Assembly (NCBI GenBank): GCA_035945615.1 | Contig: DASZAA010000346.1 | Location: 17,547-81,546 of the forward strand | Reading direction: 5' to 3' | DNA: 64,000 nucleotides | From: Terriglobia bacterium | GTDB lineage: Bacteria; Acidobacteriota; Terriglobia; UBA7540 | Shown: in pieces, positions 40,479 to 52,822 of the stretch | Numbering within the stretch: position 1 is the first letter of the stretch | Layout of the letters: the number at the start of each line of letters is the position of its first letter | The notes under the pieces: model-generated | What the model was told of the DNA's origin: nothing | Seen by the model: the letters and a program-made list of their open reading frames with translations, nothing else | Databases searched by the model: none | Translations under genes and position numbers: made by a program

Positions 40479-42131
40479 CCCGAGTGCTCTATCCAGACGA
40501 TTCGACCAGCATGGGGCAGGGCCTGCGCTTTGTGCAGGAGTATTTCCTCGTAGCCTGCTCGCTGGCTGATCTCACCCGGCGTTTCCGCCGCAGCAATGCT
40601 GACTGGCCCGCACTTCCGGGAAAGGTTGCTATCCAGCTCAACGATACGCACCCCACGATGGCAGTGCCCGAGTTGATGAGAATCCTGCTTGACGAAGCAA
40701 ACTTGGGATGGGACCAAGCGTGGGACCTCACGCAAAGGACTCTGGGGTACACAAATCACACGCTGCTGCCCGAAGCCCTGGAGAAATGGCCGGTTGCGTG
40801 GTTCGAAGCGCTGCTGCCGCGCCACCTGGAGATCATCTACGAGATCAACCGGCGCTTGCTGGACGGCATTCGAACCCGGTTTCCCGGAGATGAGGGACGG
40901 GTTCAGCGCGTGAGCTTGATAGAGGAAGGGCCATCCAAGCACGTGCGCATGGCGAATCTGGCGATTGTCGGCTCACACAGCACCAATGGCGTGGCCGCGA
41001 TCCACTCCGAGCTGCTGCGAAAAAGAACGGTCAAGGACCTGGCCGACATATTTCCCGAGCGTTTCAGCAACAAGACCAATGGCGTCACTCCCCGCCGTTG
41101 GTTGTTGTTGGCAAACCGCGAAATGGCGGACATTATCACGCAGGCGATTGGCGAAAGTTGGGTCACCGAGCTCGCGGAACTGAGTATACTGAAGCCCCTT
41201 CCCGGGGATAATGGCTTTCGCGACAGCTTCCGAAAGGCGAAACGCGAGGCGAAATGTCAGTTTGAGCGTTGGCTGAAAGCTTCATCCGGCCAGACGGTCG
41301 ACCCAGATACCATTTTTGACTGCCAAATTAAGCGCATTCACGAATATAAGCGACAACTGCTGAATGCGCTGCGCATCGTAATGCTCTACAACCGTCTGCA
41401 GGAGAATCCGAACATGGAGATGGCGCCGCGGACGTTCTTTTTCGCCGGCAAGGCGGCGCCGGCCTACCAACTCGCCAAGCTCATTATCAAATTTATTGAA
41501 AACCTGTCTGGCCACGATCGACGGCGCCCCGGCGATGCGCGGTCGGCTCAAGGTTCTGTTCCTGCCTAAGTACGACGTTTCACTCGCGGAGCGGCTAATC
41601 CCCGCCAGTGATGTTTCGAACCAGATCTCGACGGCCGGCTACGAAGCCAGCGGAACGAGCAACATGAAATTCATGATGAACGGCGCCTTGACCATTGGCA
41701 CGCGCGACGGCGCGACCATCGAGATGGCGCAGGAGGCAGGTGAGGAGAACTTCTTCCTCTTCGGCCTGACGGCGGAACAGGTAGCCGGCAGTCGCGGCTG
41801 GTACAACCCGCACTGGCACTATGAACATAAGCCAGAGACCCGCGCCGCGCTGGACCTGATCTCTTCCAATTTTTTCAGCCGCTATGAACCCGGCGTCTTC
41901 GCCCCGTTATACGACACGCTGTTGACTCACGGAGACCACTACATGCACTTGGCCGATCTGAAATCCTACCTCGAGGCCGACCAGCAGCTTCGCGATCTCT
42001 ACGCCCGCCCGGAGGAATGGGCGCGCAAGGCCATTCTGAACGTGGCGGGCTCCGGGAAATTCTCCAGTGACCGCACGATCGCCGAATATGCAAGCCAGAT
42101 CTGGGAGGTGAAGCCATGCCCAGTGCCGTAG
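40478..42131 (+). pseudogene. glgP: Glycogen/maltodextrin phosphorylase, 5'-truncated and frameshifted near 41500
   Basis: IQLNDTHP, TNGVTPRRW, KRIHEYKRQ, PLP site EASGTSNMKF, FSSDRTI. Confidence 0.9.
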
Positions 42132-43254
42132 AACGCCAGCCATTGCCGAGCATTTCGCCGCTCGCCGGCCGGCCCGCCAAGAAGGACATGTTGATCGACG
42201 TGGTCCGGCTCGAGCGCGAGTATTTTGAGCGCCGGCCGGACGTGGGCGATCCCAACCAGATGGTCAGCTTCGGAACCAGCGGACACCGAGGCTCGCCCCT
42301 GCATGGCACCTTCACTGAAGCGCATATCCTGGCCATCACGCAGGCGATCTGCAATTACCGGTGCTCCGCGGGAACTGACGGCCCGCTTTACATGGGCAAG
42401 GACACGCACGCAGTTTCCGGCCCCGCGCAGCGTACCGCGCTCGAGGTCCTGGCGGCAAACAGTGTGGAGACCGTGATTCAACAGGATAACAGCGTGACGC
42501 CCACACCGGTCATCTCGCACTCCATCCTCGTTTATAACCGCGGCCGTAAAGAGCACCTCGCCGACGGCATCGTAGTCACGCCCTCCCACAACCCGCCTGA
42601 GGACGGCGGCTTCAAGTACAACCCCACGAATGGCGGCCCGGCCGAAACCGACGTGACGCGTTGGGTTGAGGACCACGTTAATGAGCTACTACGAAGAAAC
42701 AATGCCGGCGTGAAGCGGGTGCCCTTCACCGCGGCCATCAAGGCGGGAACTACGCATCAAGAAGACTTCGTCCTGCCTTATGTCCGGGACCTTCGGAACG
42801 TCATTGACATGGGTGCCATTCGTACCGCCCGACTCAAGCTGGGCGGTGCTGCTCCCCCTACTGGGAGCCGATCAACGCCGAGTATCGACTACACATCGCC
42901 ATTGTCAACCCGGCCATTGACCCGACCTTCTCGTTCATGACTGTTGATCACGACCGGCAGATCCGTATAGGCTGTTCCAGCCCGTATGCGATGGCGCGGC
43001 TTGTCGGACTTAAAGACAACTACCGTCTCGCATTCGGCAACGACCCGGACTCCGACCGCCATGGGATCATGACGCCGTCCGCGGGGTTGATAAACCCTAA
43101 TCACTACCTCGCGGTGGCCATCCGCTACCTGCTCACGCACCGTTCCCTGTGGTTGGATCGCGTCTCGGTCGGCAAGACGCTGGTGAGCAGCAGCATGATC
43201 GACAAAGTAGTACAAAAGCTTGGCCGCCAGCTCTCCGAGGTCCCCGTGGGCTTC
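42116..43254 (+). pseudogene. pgm: Phosphoglucomutase, frameshifted and 3'-deleted
   Basis: FGTSGHRG, TPSHNPP, DPDSDRH, EVPVGF. Confidence 0.9.
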
Positions 43255-43518
43255 AACCGCCCCTCGAACACCATCCTCGCCGATCGGCTCACGCCGGAAG
43301 TTCTCGGTAAGCTGGTAGCCCTTTACGAGCACAGCGTGTTCACGCAGGGAACGATCTGGAACATTAACTCTTTCGACCAATGGGGCGTGGAATTGGGAAA
43401 GGTCCTGGCCCAGCGTATTATCCCGGAAGTCGAAAGCCAGACCGAGCCCGCGCTTGGCCATGGCAGTTCAACGAACAACTTGATCCGCCGCTACCGAAAG
43501 CTCAAGGAGGCATCATGA
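43255..43518 (+). pseudogene. pgi: Glucose-6-phosphate isomerase C-terminal remnant fused to pgm
   Basis: [23 protein letters not shown]. Confidence 0.9.
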
Positions 43519-44447
43519 CAGCTCGTGGTTTTGATAAACCTTTATACATCCAGCCCTTCGACCACCGCGGTTCCTTCGAGACGGGTATGTTCGGCTGGAA
43601 GGGTACGCTGACTGCGGAGCAGACGGCGCAGATCGCTGCCGCCAAGCAGGTGATTTACGATGGCTTCAAAGCAGCCGTCGCGGCTGGCGTACCCAAGGAG
43701 AAGGCCGGCATTCTTGTCGACGAGCAGTTCGGCGCTGCCATCCTTCGCGACGCAGCCGAGCAAGGTTATATCACCGCCTGTCCCACCGAGAAGAGTGGGC
43801 TGGAGGAGTTCGAGTTCGAGTACGGCGAGGACTTCGCCAAACATATCGAAGCCTTCAATCCTACGTTCTGCAAAGTGCTTGTGCGCTACAACCCAGAGGG
43901 CGATCAAGAGCTGAACCGCCGGCAGTCGGCCCGCCTAAAGCGTTTGTCGGAGTACTTACAGGGCGAGCGTCGCAGCTTGTTCATGTTTGAGCTCCTGGTG
44001 CCGGCGGAAAAGACGCAGCTTGATAAGCTGAAAGGCGACAAGAAAGCGTACGACCTCGAGGTGCGACCTAGCCTGATGGTCCAGGCGATTCAACAGCTCC
44101 AAGATGGTCAAGTCGAGCCCGACGTTTGGAAAGTGGAAGGACTGGATCGCCGTGACGACTACGAGAAAGTCGTCGCCGTTGCACGTCGAGGTGGCCGTGA
44201 CCAAGTCGGCTGCATCGTTCTGGGTCGAGGTGAGAGCAACAAAAAGGTACGCGAATGGCTGATGGTGGCGGCCGGAGTCCCAGGATTCGTTGGCTTCGCC
44301 GTAGGCCGGACCGATTTCTGGGAGCCGCTGGTTGGTTGGCGGGACAAGAAGACGACGCGGGAGGATACAGTGGCAGAAATAGCCAGCCACTACCGGGAGT
44401 TTGTGAACCTCTTCGAGGGCGCTCGCGTCAAGAGCAGCGCAGCATAA
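43515..44447 (+). CDS. DUF2090/IolC C-terminal-like aldolase-fold protein
   Basis: [33 protein letters not shown]. Confidence 0.8.
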   Translation: MTARGFDKPLYIQPFDHRGSFETGMFGWKGTLTAEQTAQIAAAKQVIYDGFKAAVAAGVPKEKAGILVDEQFGAAILRDAAEQGYITACPTEKSGLEEFEFEYGEDFAKHIEAFNPTFCKVLVRYNPEGDQELNRRQSARLKRLSEYLQGERRSLFMFELLVPAEKTQLDKLKGDKKAYDLEVRPSLMVQAIQQLQDGQVEPDVWKVEGLDRRDDYEKVVAVARRGGRDQVGCIVLGRGESNKKVREWLMVAAGVPGFVGFAVGRTDFWEPLVGWRDKKTTREDTVAEIASHYREFVNLFEGARVKSSAA

Positions 44448-44546
44448 CCGAAGGCGAAGAGAGGTGATGAGAACAAAACCCTGACTCAGCGCAACGAGTC
44501 TGCTCAATCAAGTAAGCCAATCACGACCACAACAAAGGAGTGACTT

Positions 44547-45566
44547 ATGCAACTCGGAATGATCGGTCTTGGAAGGATGGGGGCGAACATGGTGCGGCGG
44601 CTGCTCAGAGGAGGCCATCGATGCGTCGTCTTCGACAGATCGCCAAAAGCTGTCAACGAATTGGTTGGGGAGAAGGCAGAGGGAAGCTCTTCGCTGCAAG
44701 ACCTTGTGGGTAAGCTGGAAAAGCCACGCGCAGTATGGCTGATGGTCCCGGCGGCCGTTATGGATGAGACCATCTCTGCCCTCCTGCCCCATCTTCAGGA
44801 GCAAGATATTCTGATTGATGGCGGCAATTCCTATTACGTGGACGACATCCGGCGCGCCAAGGAACTCGCCGCCAAGCGCATTCACTACGTTGACGTGGGG
44901 ACAAGCGGCGGCGTGTGGGGCCTGGAGCGCGGCTACTGCATGATGATTGGCGGGGAAAAGGACGTGGTCAAGCACCTCGATCCCATCTTCTCGACGTTGG
45001 CTCCAGGCGCGGGCGACACACCGCGCACCCCGGGCCGCGAGAAGTTGGACGGCACCGCCGAACTGGGTTACTTACACTGCGGTCCCAATGGTGCCGGCCA
45101 CTTTGTCAAGATGGTCCACAACGGCATCGAGTACGGCCTCATGGCCGCCTACGCGGAGGGGCTTGGCGTCTTGCGTGGCGCCGACGTCGGCAAAGGAAAG
45201 AGTGCGATCGACGCCGAAACCACGCCGCTGCGCGATCCTGAGCTTTACCAGTACGACTTCAATCTGTGTGATATCACCGAGGTGTGGCGGCGCGGCAGCG
45301 TGATTGCCTCATGGTTGCTGGACCTGACCGCAGCCGCCCTGGTCAAGGATTCCGCTCTTTCGGAATTCGCCGGCCGTGTGTCGGACTCGGGTGAGGGGCG
45401 GTGGACGATCAAGGCGGCCATTGACGAGGCTGTCCCGGTACCGGTTCTCTCGACCGCACTTTACCAGCGGTTTACCTCACGCGGCGAGGCGGATTATCAG
45501 GACAAACTACTGTCCGCGATGCGTTACCAGTTCGGTGGACACTTGGAGAAAGCCGCCGCCAAATGA
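44547..45566 (+). CDS. gnd: 6-phosphogluconate dehydrogenase (decarboxylating, short type)
   Basis: [32 protein letters not shown]. Confidence 0.95.
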   Translation: MQLGMIGLGRMGANMVRRLLRGGHRCVVFDRSPKAVNELVGEKAEGSSSLQDLVGKLEKPRAVWLMVPAAVMDETISALLPHLQEQDILIDGGNSYYVDDIRRAKELAAKRIHYVDVGTSGGVWGLERGYCMMIGGEKDVVKHLDPIFSTLAPGAGDTPRTPGREKLDGTAELGYLHCGPNGAGHFVKMVHNGIEYGLMAAYAEGLGVLRGADVGKGKSAIDAETTPLRDPELYQYDFNLCDITEVWRRGSVIASWLLDLTAAALVKDSALSEFAGRVSDSGEGRWTIKAAIDEAVPVPVLSTALYQRFTSRGEADYQDKLLSAMRYQFGGHLEKAAAK

Positions 45567-45589
45567 CTGTGTAAGATAAGGATAGTGCG

Positions 45590-47014
45590 ATGAACAATTC
45601 ACATTCGGACGCCCTGGTCTTCTACGGTGCCACGGGCGATCTGGCCTACAAGAAAATCTTCCCGGCGCTGCAGGCGATGATCAAGCGCGGCCACCTCGAT
45701 GTGCCAGTGGTTGGTGTGGCCAAATCGGGCTGGAGCCTCGACCAGCTTCGGGCGCGGGCGCGAGAGAGCGTGCAAAAGCACGGCGGGCTTGATCCCGCGG
45801 CGTTCGACAAACTTTCCAGCCTGCTGCGATACATCGACGGTGACTATCAGGATGCCGCCACCTTTCAGGGGATCCGTAAAGAACTTGGCGGCGCGCAACA
45901 GCCCGCGCATTACCTCGCCATTCCACCCTCGCTTTTCGAAACGGTAGTCGAACAGTTAGCCAAGTCAGGCTGTGCCACGGGGCGGGGGTGCGACCAGAGC
46001 CGCGTCATTGTTGAAAAGCCTTTCGGCCGCGATCTCGCTTCCGCGCGCAAACTGAACCGCGTGTTGCATTCAGTATTTCCCGAGTCTGCGATCTTCAGAA
46101 TCGATCATTACCTCGGCAAACGCCCGGTGAACAACGTTGTGATCTTTCGGTTTGCCAACTCGTTCCTCGAGCCCATCTGGAACCGAAACTATGTCGAGAG
46201 CGTTGAGATCACAATGGCGGAAGATTTCGGCGTAGAAGGGCGCGGTGCTTTCTACGACCAGACGGGCACCATTCGCGACGTGATTCAAAACCATCTCTTT
46301 CAAATCCTGTCCCACCTCGCTATGGAGCCGCCGGTACGCAACGACAGCGAGAGTATCCGCGACGAGAAGGTGAAGGTACTGAAAGCGATCCCGCCGCTGG
46401 AGCAGAACAATATCGTAAGAGGACAATTTAGCGGTTATCTCCAGGAGAAGGGTGTGGCGCCCGATTCGAAGGTGGAAACGTTTGCCGCGCTCCAGTTGGA
46501 GGTCGATTCCTGGCGCTGGAAAGGCGTTCCGTTCTACATCCGGGCGGGCAAAGACCTGCCTGTGACTTCTACCGAAGTGTTCGCCCGATTCCGAAAGCCT
46601 CCTACAGTGTTTGAGGAATGCCCGGGGTGTGAGAATTACATGCGGTTCCGGATCAGCCCGGAGATGACCATTGCCATGGGGGCGACGGTGATGGGCGAGA
46701 GCGGGGCCCTAAAAGGCGAGAACGTCGAAATCATTGCGAGCCGCCATCCCAGCCCCCAGGAGATGGACGCGTACGAGCGCGTGCTCGGCGATGCGATGGC
46801 AGGAGACCCCACGAATTTTGCACGCGAGGACTATGTGGAGGAGGCTTGGCGTATCGTCGATCCAGTGCTGAAGGCTGCCACCCCGGTCTACGGATATGAA
46901 AAAGGCTCCTGGGGTCCGCTTGAGGCTGATGGCAAGGTTTCGCCTCCAGGCGGCTGGCATAAACCCGCAGCAACGGATCAGGAGGACTTCCGCGGTGTAA
47001 CCCAAGTCGCCTGA
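45590..47014 (+). CDS. zwf: Glucose-6-phosphate dehydrogenase
   Basis: [26 protein letters not shown]. Confidence 0.95.
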   Translation: MNNSHSDALVFYGATGDLAYKKIFPALQAMIKRGHLDVPVVGVAKSGWSLDQLRARARESVQKHGGLDPAAFDKLSSLLRYIDGDYQDAATFQGIRKELGGAQQPAHYLAIPPSLFETVVEQLAKSGCATGRGCDQSRVIVEKPFGRDLASARKLNRVLHSVFPESAIFRIDHYLGKRPVNNVVIFRFANSFLEPIWNRNYVESVEITMAEDFGVEGRGAFYDQTGTIRDVIQNHLFQILSHLAMEPPVRNDSESIRDEKVKVLKAIPPLEQNNIVRGQFSGYLQEKGVAPDSKVETFAALQLEVDSWRWKGVPFYIRAGKDLPVTSTEVFARFRKPPTVFEECPGCENYMRFRISPEMTIAMGATVMGESGALKGENVEIIASRHPSPQEMDAYERVLGDAMAGDPTNFAREDYVEEAWRIVDPVLKAATPVYGYEKGSWGPLEADGKVSPPGGWHKPAATDQEDFRGVTQVA

Positions 47015-47071
47015 CCAACCCACGGCTTGAAGTCGACTGTTGATTGCAGGTCTCCAAAGTTGAGTTGCCAA

Positions 47072-47614
47072 ATGAAGTTCGAGGTATTTGACGATCCTGA
47101 TTCCGTTGCGCGAGCCGCTGCGGCAATAATCGCCGCGGACAGTCGTGGCGCAGCGGGCCATGAAGTGGTCGATTTCGGGGCATATGAGCTGAACCAGGGC
47201 GACGACTATCCCGACTTTGTCACGCCGCTAGCCCGAGCTGTGGCGGCTGGAACCGTCGAGCAGGGCGTGGGTGTCTGCGGCAGCGGCGTCGGCGCCTCGG
47301 TGTGTGCAAATAAGATAAGAGGAGTGCGTGCCGCGCTGGTGGAAGACCACTTCTCGACCAGGCAAGGCGTCGAGGACGACCACATGAACATTATTTGCAT
47401 GGGTGCCCGGACCGTCGGACCACTCCTGGCGTGGGACCTCGTCGAGACGTTCTTGGCGGCCGAGTTCAGCCAAGCCGAGCGTCACCTGCGCCGTCTAAAG
47501 AAGGTGGCATCGCTTGAGCCGGAAGTAGTTAGCGACGGCATTGGGGCGGGACCACACTGCGCACGACGTAAATCTGTGCAGGCGAGACCAGACCGCAGCC
47601 GACAGCGCTCCTAA
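47072..47614 (+). pseudogene. rpiB: Deletion fusion: 6-phosphogluconolactonase-like N-terminus joined to RpiB lacking its N-terminal DH motif
   Basis: MKFEVFDDPDSVARAAA then DYPDF, CGSGVG, ANK, DDHMN. Confidence 0.75.
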
Positions 47615-47661
47615 TCGCGAAGGACGCCCGAATAAGTCAGACAATCAGCGAGGAGAAAACC

Positions 47662-49580
47662 ATGAGCACGCCACAAGTCGCTCCGGTATTCAGGGACGTG
47701 CAGCTCGATCAGTTGTGCATCAACACCATCTGAACGCTTTCGATGGACGCGGTGCAGCAGGCCAAGTCCGGCCACCCTGGCACCCCCATGGCGCTCGCAC
47801 CGTTGGTGTACACCATCTGGAACCGCGTCATGCGCTTCGACCCCCAAGACCCGATCTGGCCCAATCGCGACCTGTTCGTGCTCTCGAACGGCCACGCCGA
47901 TGCTGTTGTGGTCGGTGCTCCACCTTATGAAGACAGAGGCGGTCAATGCCGACTACGAGAGCCTGGGGCAGCCTTCAGTAACCCTCGACGATATCCGCCG
48001 CTTTCGCCAGCTCGACAGCAAAGCGCCTGGCCACCCCGAGTACCATTTGGTATCGGGTGTTGAAGCCACCACCGGACCGCTTGGTCAAGGCGTGGCCACG
48101 AGTGTAGGCATGGCCATCGGGGAGAAGTGGCTCGCCGCCCGTTACAACCGGCCTGGATTCGACATCTTTGGTTACAACATCTATGCCGTTTGCGGGGATG
48201 GCTGCATGATGGAGGGCATTGGGTCGGAAGCGGCGTCGCTGGCCGCCCACCTGGGTCTCGACAACCTCTGCTGGGTCTACGACAACAACCACATCACTAT
48301 CGAAGGTAATACCCGGATTACTTTCACCGAGGACATTGCGGCTCGCTTCTTAGGTTACGGCTGGAATGTCCTACGGTTCGGTGATGCCAACGACATCGAT
48401 CGCATCGAGCACGCCCTTGAGGTCTTCCGCAACACGAAAGGCCGGCCGACATTCATCATTCTGGACAGCCACATCGGGTACGGCGCACCCCACAAGCAGG
48501 ACACCGCCGCAGCACACGGCGAGCCGCTGGGCGAGGACGAGGTCCGCCTCGCGAAACGCAGCTACGGCTGGCCCGAGGACGCGAAATTCCTTGTGCCCCA
48601 CGGCGTCTATGACCACTTCGCCGCAGGAATTGGCGAACGCGGTGCAAAGACCCGGCGAGAGTGGGCGAAGCTTTTCGATGCATACAAGAGCGCCTATCCG
48701 GACTTGGCTGCCGAGATCAACCAGATTGAGCGACGCGAACTCCCGGCCGGATGGGATCGCGGCCTGCCGACCTTCCCTCCGGACTCAAAAGGCATCGCGG
48801 GACGAGACGCATCGAGTAAGGTACTGAATGTGCTCGCGCAGAACATTCCCTGGTTGTTTGGGGGCTTAGCTGATTTAGGGCCATCGACCAGAACACTGTT
48901 GATGTACGAGGGCGCCGGAGACTTCCAGGCGGACAGTCCGAGCGGGAAGAACCTGCACTTCGGTATCCGGGAGCACTCCATGGGAGCGATCGTGAACGGG
49001 CTCTCGTTGTCTAAGCTGCGGGCTTTTGGCGCTACATTCTTCATATTTAGCGATTACGCGCGACCGGCCATTCGGCTTTCGGCAATCATGGAACTGCCGA
49101 CGATTTTCGTCTTCACTCATGATGCCATGGGCGACGGAGAGGACGGACCAAGTCATCAGCCTGTAGAGCACCTGGCTTCAATGCGCGCCATTCCGGGGCT
49201 GGTCACTCTGCGGCCCGCTGACGCCAACGAGGTCGTCGAGGCCTATCGCTACATCCTGCAACTGCGCCATAAGCCCGCTGTACTGGCGCTTTCGCGCCAG
49301 CCTTTGCCAACTTTCGACCGAAGCAAGTATGCCCCGGCATCGGGTGTGGCACGCGGCGCCTACGTCCTTGCGGACGCTCCGGGCGGCAACCCCGAAGTAA
49401 TCCTCATCGCTTCAGGCAGTGAGGTCAGTCTCGCCGTGGATGCGCACGAGACGCTGGCTGCCGAGGGCATCCGCTCGCGAGTGGTATCAATGCCCTCCTG
49501 GGACATCTTCGAGCACCAGACCCAGGAGTATCGAGACAGCGTACTGCCGCCGAGCGTGAAGGCACGCGTCGCGATCGACA
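47662..49580 (+). pseudogene. tkt: Transketolase with nonsense TGA at 47731, frameshift near 47898 and 3' truncation
   Basis: INTI*TL, SGHPG, TTGPLGQG, GDGC, FGIREH, GEDGPSHQP. Confidence 0.92.
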
Positions 49581-49604
49581 CTAACTGCTTGGCCCGCCGC
49601 TCCC

Positions 49605-50222
49605 TCAGACCCTTGACCGCTTGGGTCCAGACACGTAAGGACTACCCCTCTCATAGAACCGAAGCAGACGAAGGGTTTCCCGCGAAATTCCGATCCTTAC
49701 GCTCCTGCCTATTTCGCCCGTCGGCCTAACTGAGTCGCCAAGCCACAATGGACCGCCGGAGCACAGGTCCAGGCCATCATGCAGGAGGCCGATCCCCAGC
49801 GCCTGACCTACCCTCCCTGGACCTCTTGCGAGGTCGATCAAGGGTCGTTGACCGCGGCGAAGTTGCATGAGATGAATTCCATCCAGCGGCTCAAGAGCAC
49901 GTATCAGGACGCCCGTCCCAACCCCGCGAACTTCACTGCTGACGTTTACCAGGAAGTGTAGACCGTAGGCACGATAAACATACGCGTGCCCACGATCGAG
50001 GAATAGAGACTTGTTTCGCAGTGTAGGTCCTCGATAGGCATGCCCGGCGGCATCTCCCGCTACATATGCCTCCGTTTCTACGATCCGTCCACTAATTCTG
50101 CCCGCTTCAGTATCATGTACAAGCGTCTTGCCGATGAGGTATTTCGCCAGTTCGCTGGTGCCAATAGGTAAGATGCTTCGACGAATGCGCTCAACATAGC
50201 GATAATTTTGCTTCTGAGCCAT
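49605..50222 (-). CDS. DNA-3-methyladenine glycosylase (AAG/Mpg)
   Basis: GRIVETEAY, AYVY..YG, VLIRALEP, RIGI. Confidence 0.9.
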   Translation of the reverse strand: MAQKQNYRYVERIRRSILPIGTSELAKYLIGKTLVHDTEAGRISGRIVETEAYVAGDAAGHAYRGPTLRNKSLFLDRGHAYVYRAYGLHFLVNVSSEVRGVGTGVLIRALEPLDGIHLMQLRRGQRPLIDLARGPGRVGQALGIGLLHDGLDLCSGGPLWLGDSVRPTGEIGRSVRIGISRETLRLLRFYERGSPYVSGPKRSRV

Positions 50223-50388
50223 CCAGGCTTCCGCTTTACCAGGTAATGGGCGGCGACTGTCGCTCGACCGCCTGTAGTGTCCATTTTGCCACGCAGCACT
50301 CCGCCCCAAATTAATTGGAGCAGCTTACGATCGGCTTGCGAGGTTCAGTTGCGAGAACTCGGCGCTTCCGACCTCCGGTTGACTCCGC

Positions 50389-51390
50389 TTACTGAGTGCC
50401 CGCGAGCGTCAGAGCATACCACTCGAGTGGGTCATTCCACGTCTGTTCAATCCTAAATCCGGCATCATCGAGTAAGGCGCTAAGCGTATTCTGCGTGAAC
50501 TTGTAGCTGTTCTCGGTGTGAATGGTTTCACCCTGGGTAAAATGGAAAAGGAGTCTCGCGGCCGGGACCCGTACATATTGTTCGCGCAGACTCTCAATGT
50601 GCATCTCAATTCGCGAGTCAGCCCGGTTCCACCGGACGCGATGCCTGAACCCGGCGGAATCGAAATCAGCACAAAGCTCTCGATTGAGACGCCGGAGGAT
50701 ATTTAGATTGAACTCGGCGGTGACACCTTCCCTGTCGTCGTAGGCCGCTAACAGAATCTCCTCATCCTTAACCATGTCCGTGCCCAGCAACAACGCATCG
50801 CCGCTGTGCATCTGCGAGCGGAGATTACAAAGAATTGTCCGCGCAGCCTGAGGCGAGAAGTTCCCAATGCTCGTTCCAATATAGAGCGCGAGCGTGGTAC
50901 CTTTGGCGCGGGCCAGTTGCGGCGGGTGCGTCACATAGTTCCCCACGATGGGCTGTAACCGTACGCTGGGTAACAGCGATTCGATGCTCGTACAGGCCTG
51001 GTTGAGCGCCTCCGGCGATACGTCATATGGCAGATAGCTGACTCGTCCGTGGCTGCGCATTGCAGCCTCAAGCAGTATCCCGGTCTTGGCGGCGATTCCT
51101 GCGCCCAACTCAAAGACACGCAGCGTTTGAGACTGATCGGACCGCACTTGGGCGATGATCCGTTCCGCGAATCGGCCCAGTATTTCACGTTCGATCCTGA
51201 ACGGATAGTATTCCGGTAAGGTCGTAATGCGTTCGAAGAGGCACGATCCCCAGGCGTCGTAGAACATCCAGGGCGCGAGCGATTTGGGTGAGCTGGTGAG
51301 ACCGGCTTCGACCTCGTGGACGAGCGCTGCTCGCGTATCCAGCAAGATCGGATAATGCTCGAGCTCCGGCAAAATCGCAGCTGGAGTCAT
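50389..51390 (-). CDS. egtD: L-histidine N-alpha-methyltransferase
   Basis: FYD..GS.LFE.IT.LPEYY, ELGAG, AYDD..GVTAEFN, IHTENSYKF. Confidence 0.92.
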   Translation of the reverse strand: MTPAAILPELEHYPILLDTRAALVHEVEAGLTSSPKSLAPWMFYDAWGSCLFERITTLPEYYPFRIEREILGRFAERIIAQVRSDQSQTLRVFELGAGIAAKTGILLEAAMRSHGRVSYLPYDVSPEALNQACTSIESLLPSVRLQPIVGNYVTHPPQLARAKGTTLALYIGTSIGNFSPQAARTILCNLRSQMHSGDALLLGTDMVKDEEILLAAYDDREGVTAEFNLNILRRLNRELCADFDSAGFRHRVRWNRADSRIEMHIESLREQYVRVPAARLLFHFTQGETIHTENSYKFTQNTLSALLDDAGFRIEQTWNDPLEWYALTLAGTQ

Positions 51391-52667
51391 GATGGTTGCC
51401 CCCTGTAGGACGCCAGGCGTATTCCGGAAAATTGCCACCGGGTCGCGGGGGGGAAAAAATTGCGATAGGTGGCCCGGATATGGCTCGCCGGTGTGACACA
51501 CGAGCCTCCCCGAAGAATCATCTGGCCCGACATGAACTTTCCGTTGTACTCACCGAATGCGCCCGGTGGTGCGTTGTAGCCCGGATAGGCGGTATAGGGG
51601 CTCACCGTCCACTCCCAACAATCTCCGAAGAGTTGGTCGACGCCGGCCCCCTTCGACACGCCAGGGTGCAATCTCCCCACTTCGAGGAAATTTCCTGCTT
51701 CAGGGTTTTCGATTGCGGCGATCTCCCACTCCTGCTCAGTGGGCAGACGGCAGCCACTCCATTTCGCGAAGGCATCCGCCTCGAAGTAGCTCACGTGGCA
51801 CACCGCTGTTTCAAGCAGAGATGACAGCGGTTGCGAACCCTTCAAGGTGAAGAGCCGCCAGCCAGTTTCGTCGGTGGCATCGCGCTCCCAATAGAGTGGA
51901 GATTGCCAACCCTCCCGTTTTACCGTGTCCCATCCTTCGGAAAGCCAGAACTCCGGGCGAGCGTACCCGTCGTCAGCCATAAAGTTCAGGTATTCGCGGC
52001 AGGTCACGCTGCGCCCGGAGATACCGAAGTTCTCGAGGTAGAATTTATGGCGGGGTGTTTCGTTGTCGAAACAGAAGTCAGTAGCATTCGTGAGGTCTGG
52101 CGAACAGCCGATCTCGACCAGACCACCGCGAAAGTCATGCCAGGTATTCTCCGAGAACCCTGAACCGCGCTCGCGCGCTAACGGCGTGTTGCAAAAGGCC
52201 GGGCGGAGCGGATTTGAGAACAACGCATGTTTGATGTCGGTCAGCATCAGTTCCTGATGTTGTTGCTCGTGGTTCAGCCCCAGCACGATGCGCCGTTCCA
52301 GTTCCCCGTCGCCTGGATCTTCGAGGATGCTCTCGATCGCATTGTCAACGTACCGGCGAAATTCCAGGATTTCGTCAAGAGTAGGACGCGAAAGGAAAGG
52401 TCGCGATGCCTTGTCAGGAATCGCATCGCCCAAAGAGTTGTAGTAGCTGTTGAAGATCCGACGGAAGTCCTCACAGAACGGCTTGTAATTCGGGACAAAC
52501 GGACGGAGGACGAAAGTTTCGAAGAACCATGTCGTGTGGGCCTGGTGCCACTTCATGGGACTCGCCTCCGGACAGGATTGAACCATTTGATCCTCCGCCG
52601 ACATGGGTGCGGCGAGAGACCTGGTTACAGAGCGAACGACCTGGTACTTTGAAAGCAGCGTAGACAT
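51387..52667 (-). CDS. egtB: Ergothioneine sulfoxide synthase
   Basis: SPMKWHQAHTTWFFE, HEQQHQE, GEYNGKFM, YRNFF..RWQFSG. Confidence 0.92.
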   Translation of the reverse strand: MSTLLSKYQVVRSVTRSLAAPMSAEDQMVQSCPEASPMKWHQAHTTWFFETFVLRPFVPNYKPFCEDFRRIFNSYYNSLGDAIPDKASRPFLSRPTLDEILEFRRYVDNAIESILEDPGDGELERRIVLGLNHEQQHQELMLTDIKHALFSNPLRPAFCNTPLARERGSGFSENTWHDFRGGLVEIGCSPDLTNATDFCFDNETPRHKFYLENFGISGRSVTCREYLNFMADDGYARPEFWLSEGWDTVKREGWQSPLYWERDATDETGWRLFTLKGSQPLSSLLETAVCHVSYFEADAFAKWSGCRLPTEQEWEIAAIENPEAGNFLEVGRLHPGVSKGAGVDQLFGDCWEWTVSPYTAYPGYNAPPGAFGEYNGKFMSGQMILRGGSCVTPASHIRATYRNFFPPATRWQFSGIRLASYRGQPS

Positions 52668-52785
52668 GTGTGCTCCTCGGCGGATTGGATTGCATCACTG
52701 CGGCCACACCTGGTAAGCAGTAGTAATGCTTTAGAATCAGAGGGAACCCCGCATCGCTACGACGACCGAGCTCCACCACAGTCAG

Positions 52786-52822
52786 TCGCCGGTGTCGGCC
52801 CACCGTCATCCGACACCGGCGA
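52786..52822. repeat. Perfect 13-bp inverted repeat within a longer imperfect fold-back
   Basis: TCGCCGGTGTCGG / CCGACACCGGCGA. Confidence 0.8.

Noticed and set aside
1807-47733. Stop-codon recoding suggested by in-frame TAG (1807, 32417) and TGA (47731)
   Set aside because: TAG and TGA terminate many intact genes here. The recombinase and tkt stops fit C-to-T changes from CAG and CGA, and tkt has additional lesions.
51387-52667. Selenoneine synthase SenA
   Set aside because: No SenB or SelD neighbours, and the gene is paired with egtD.
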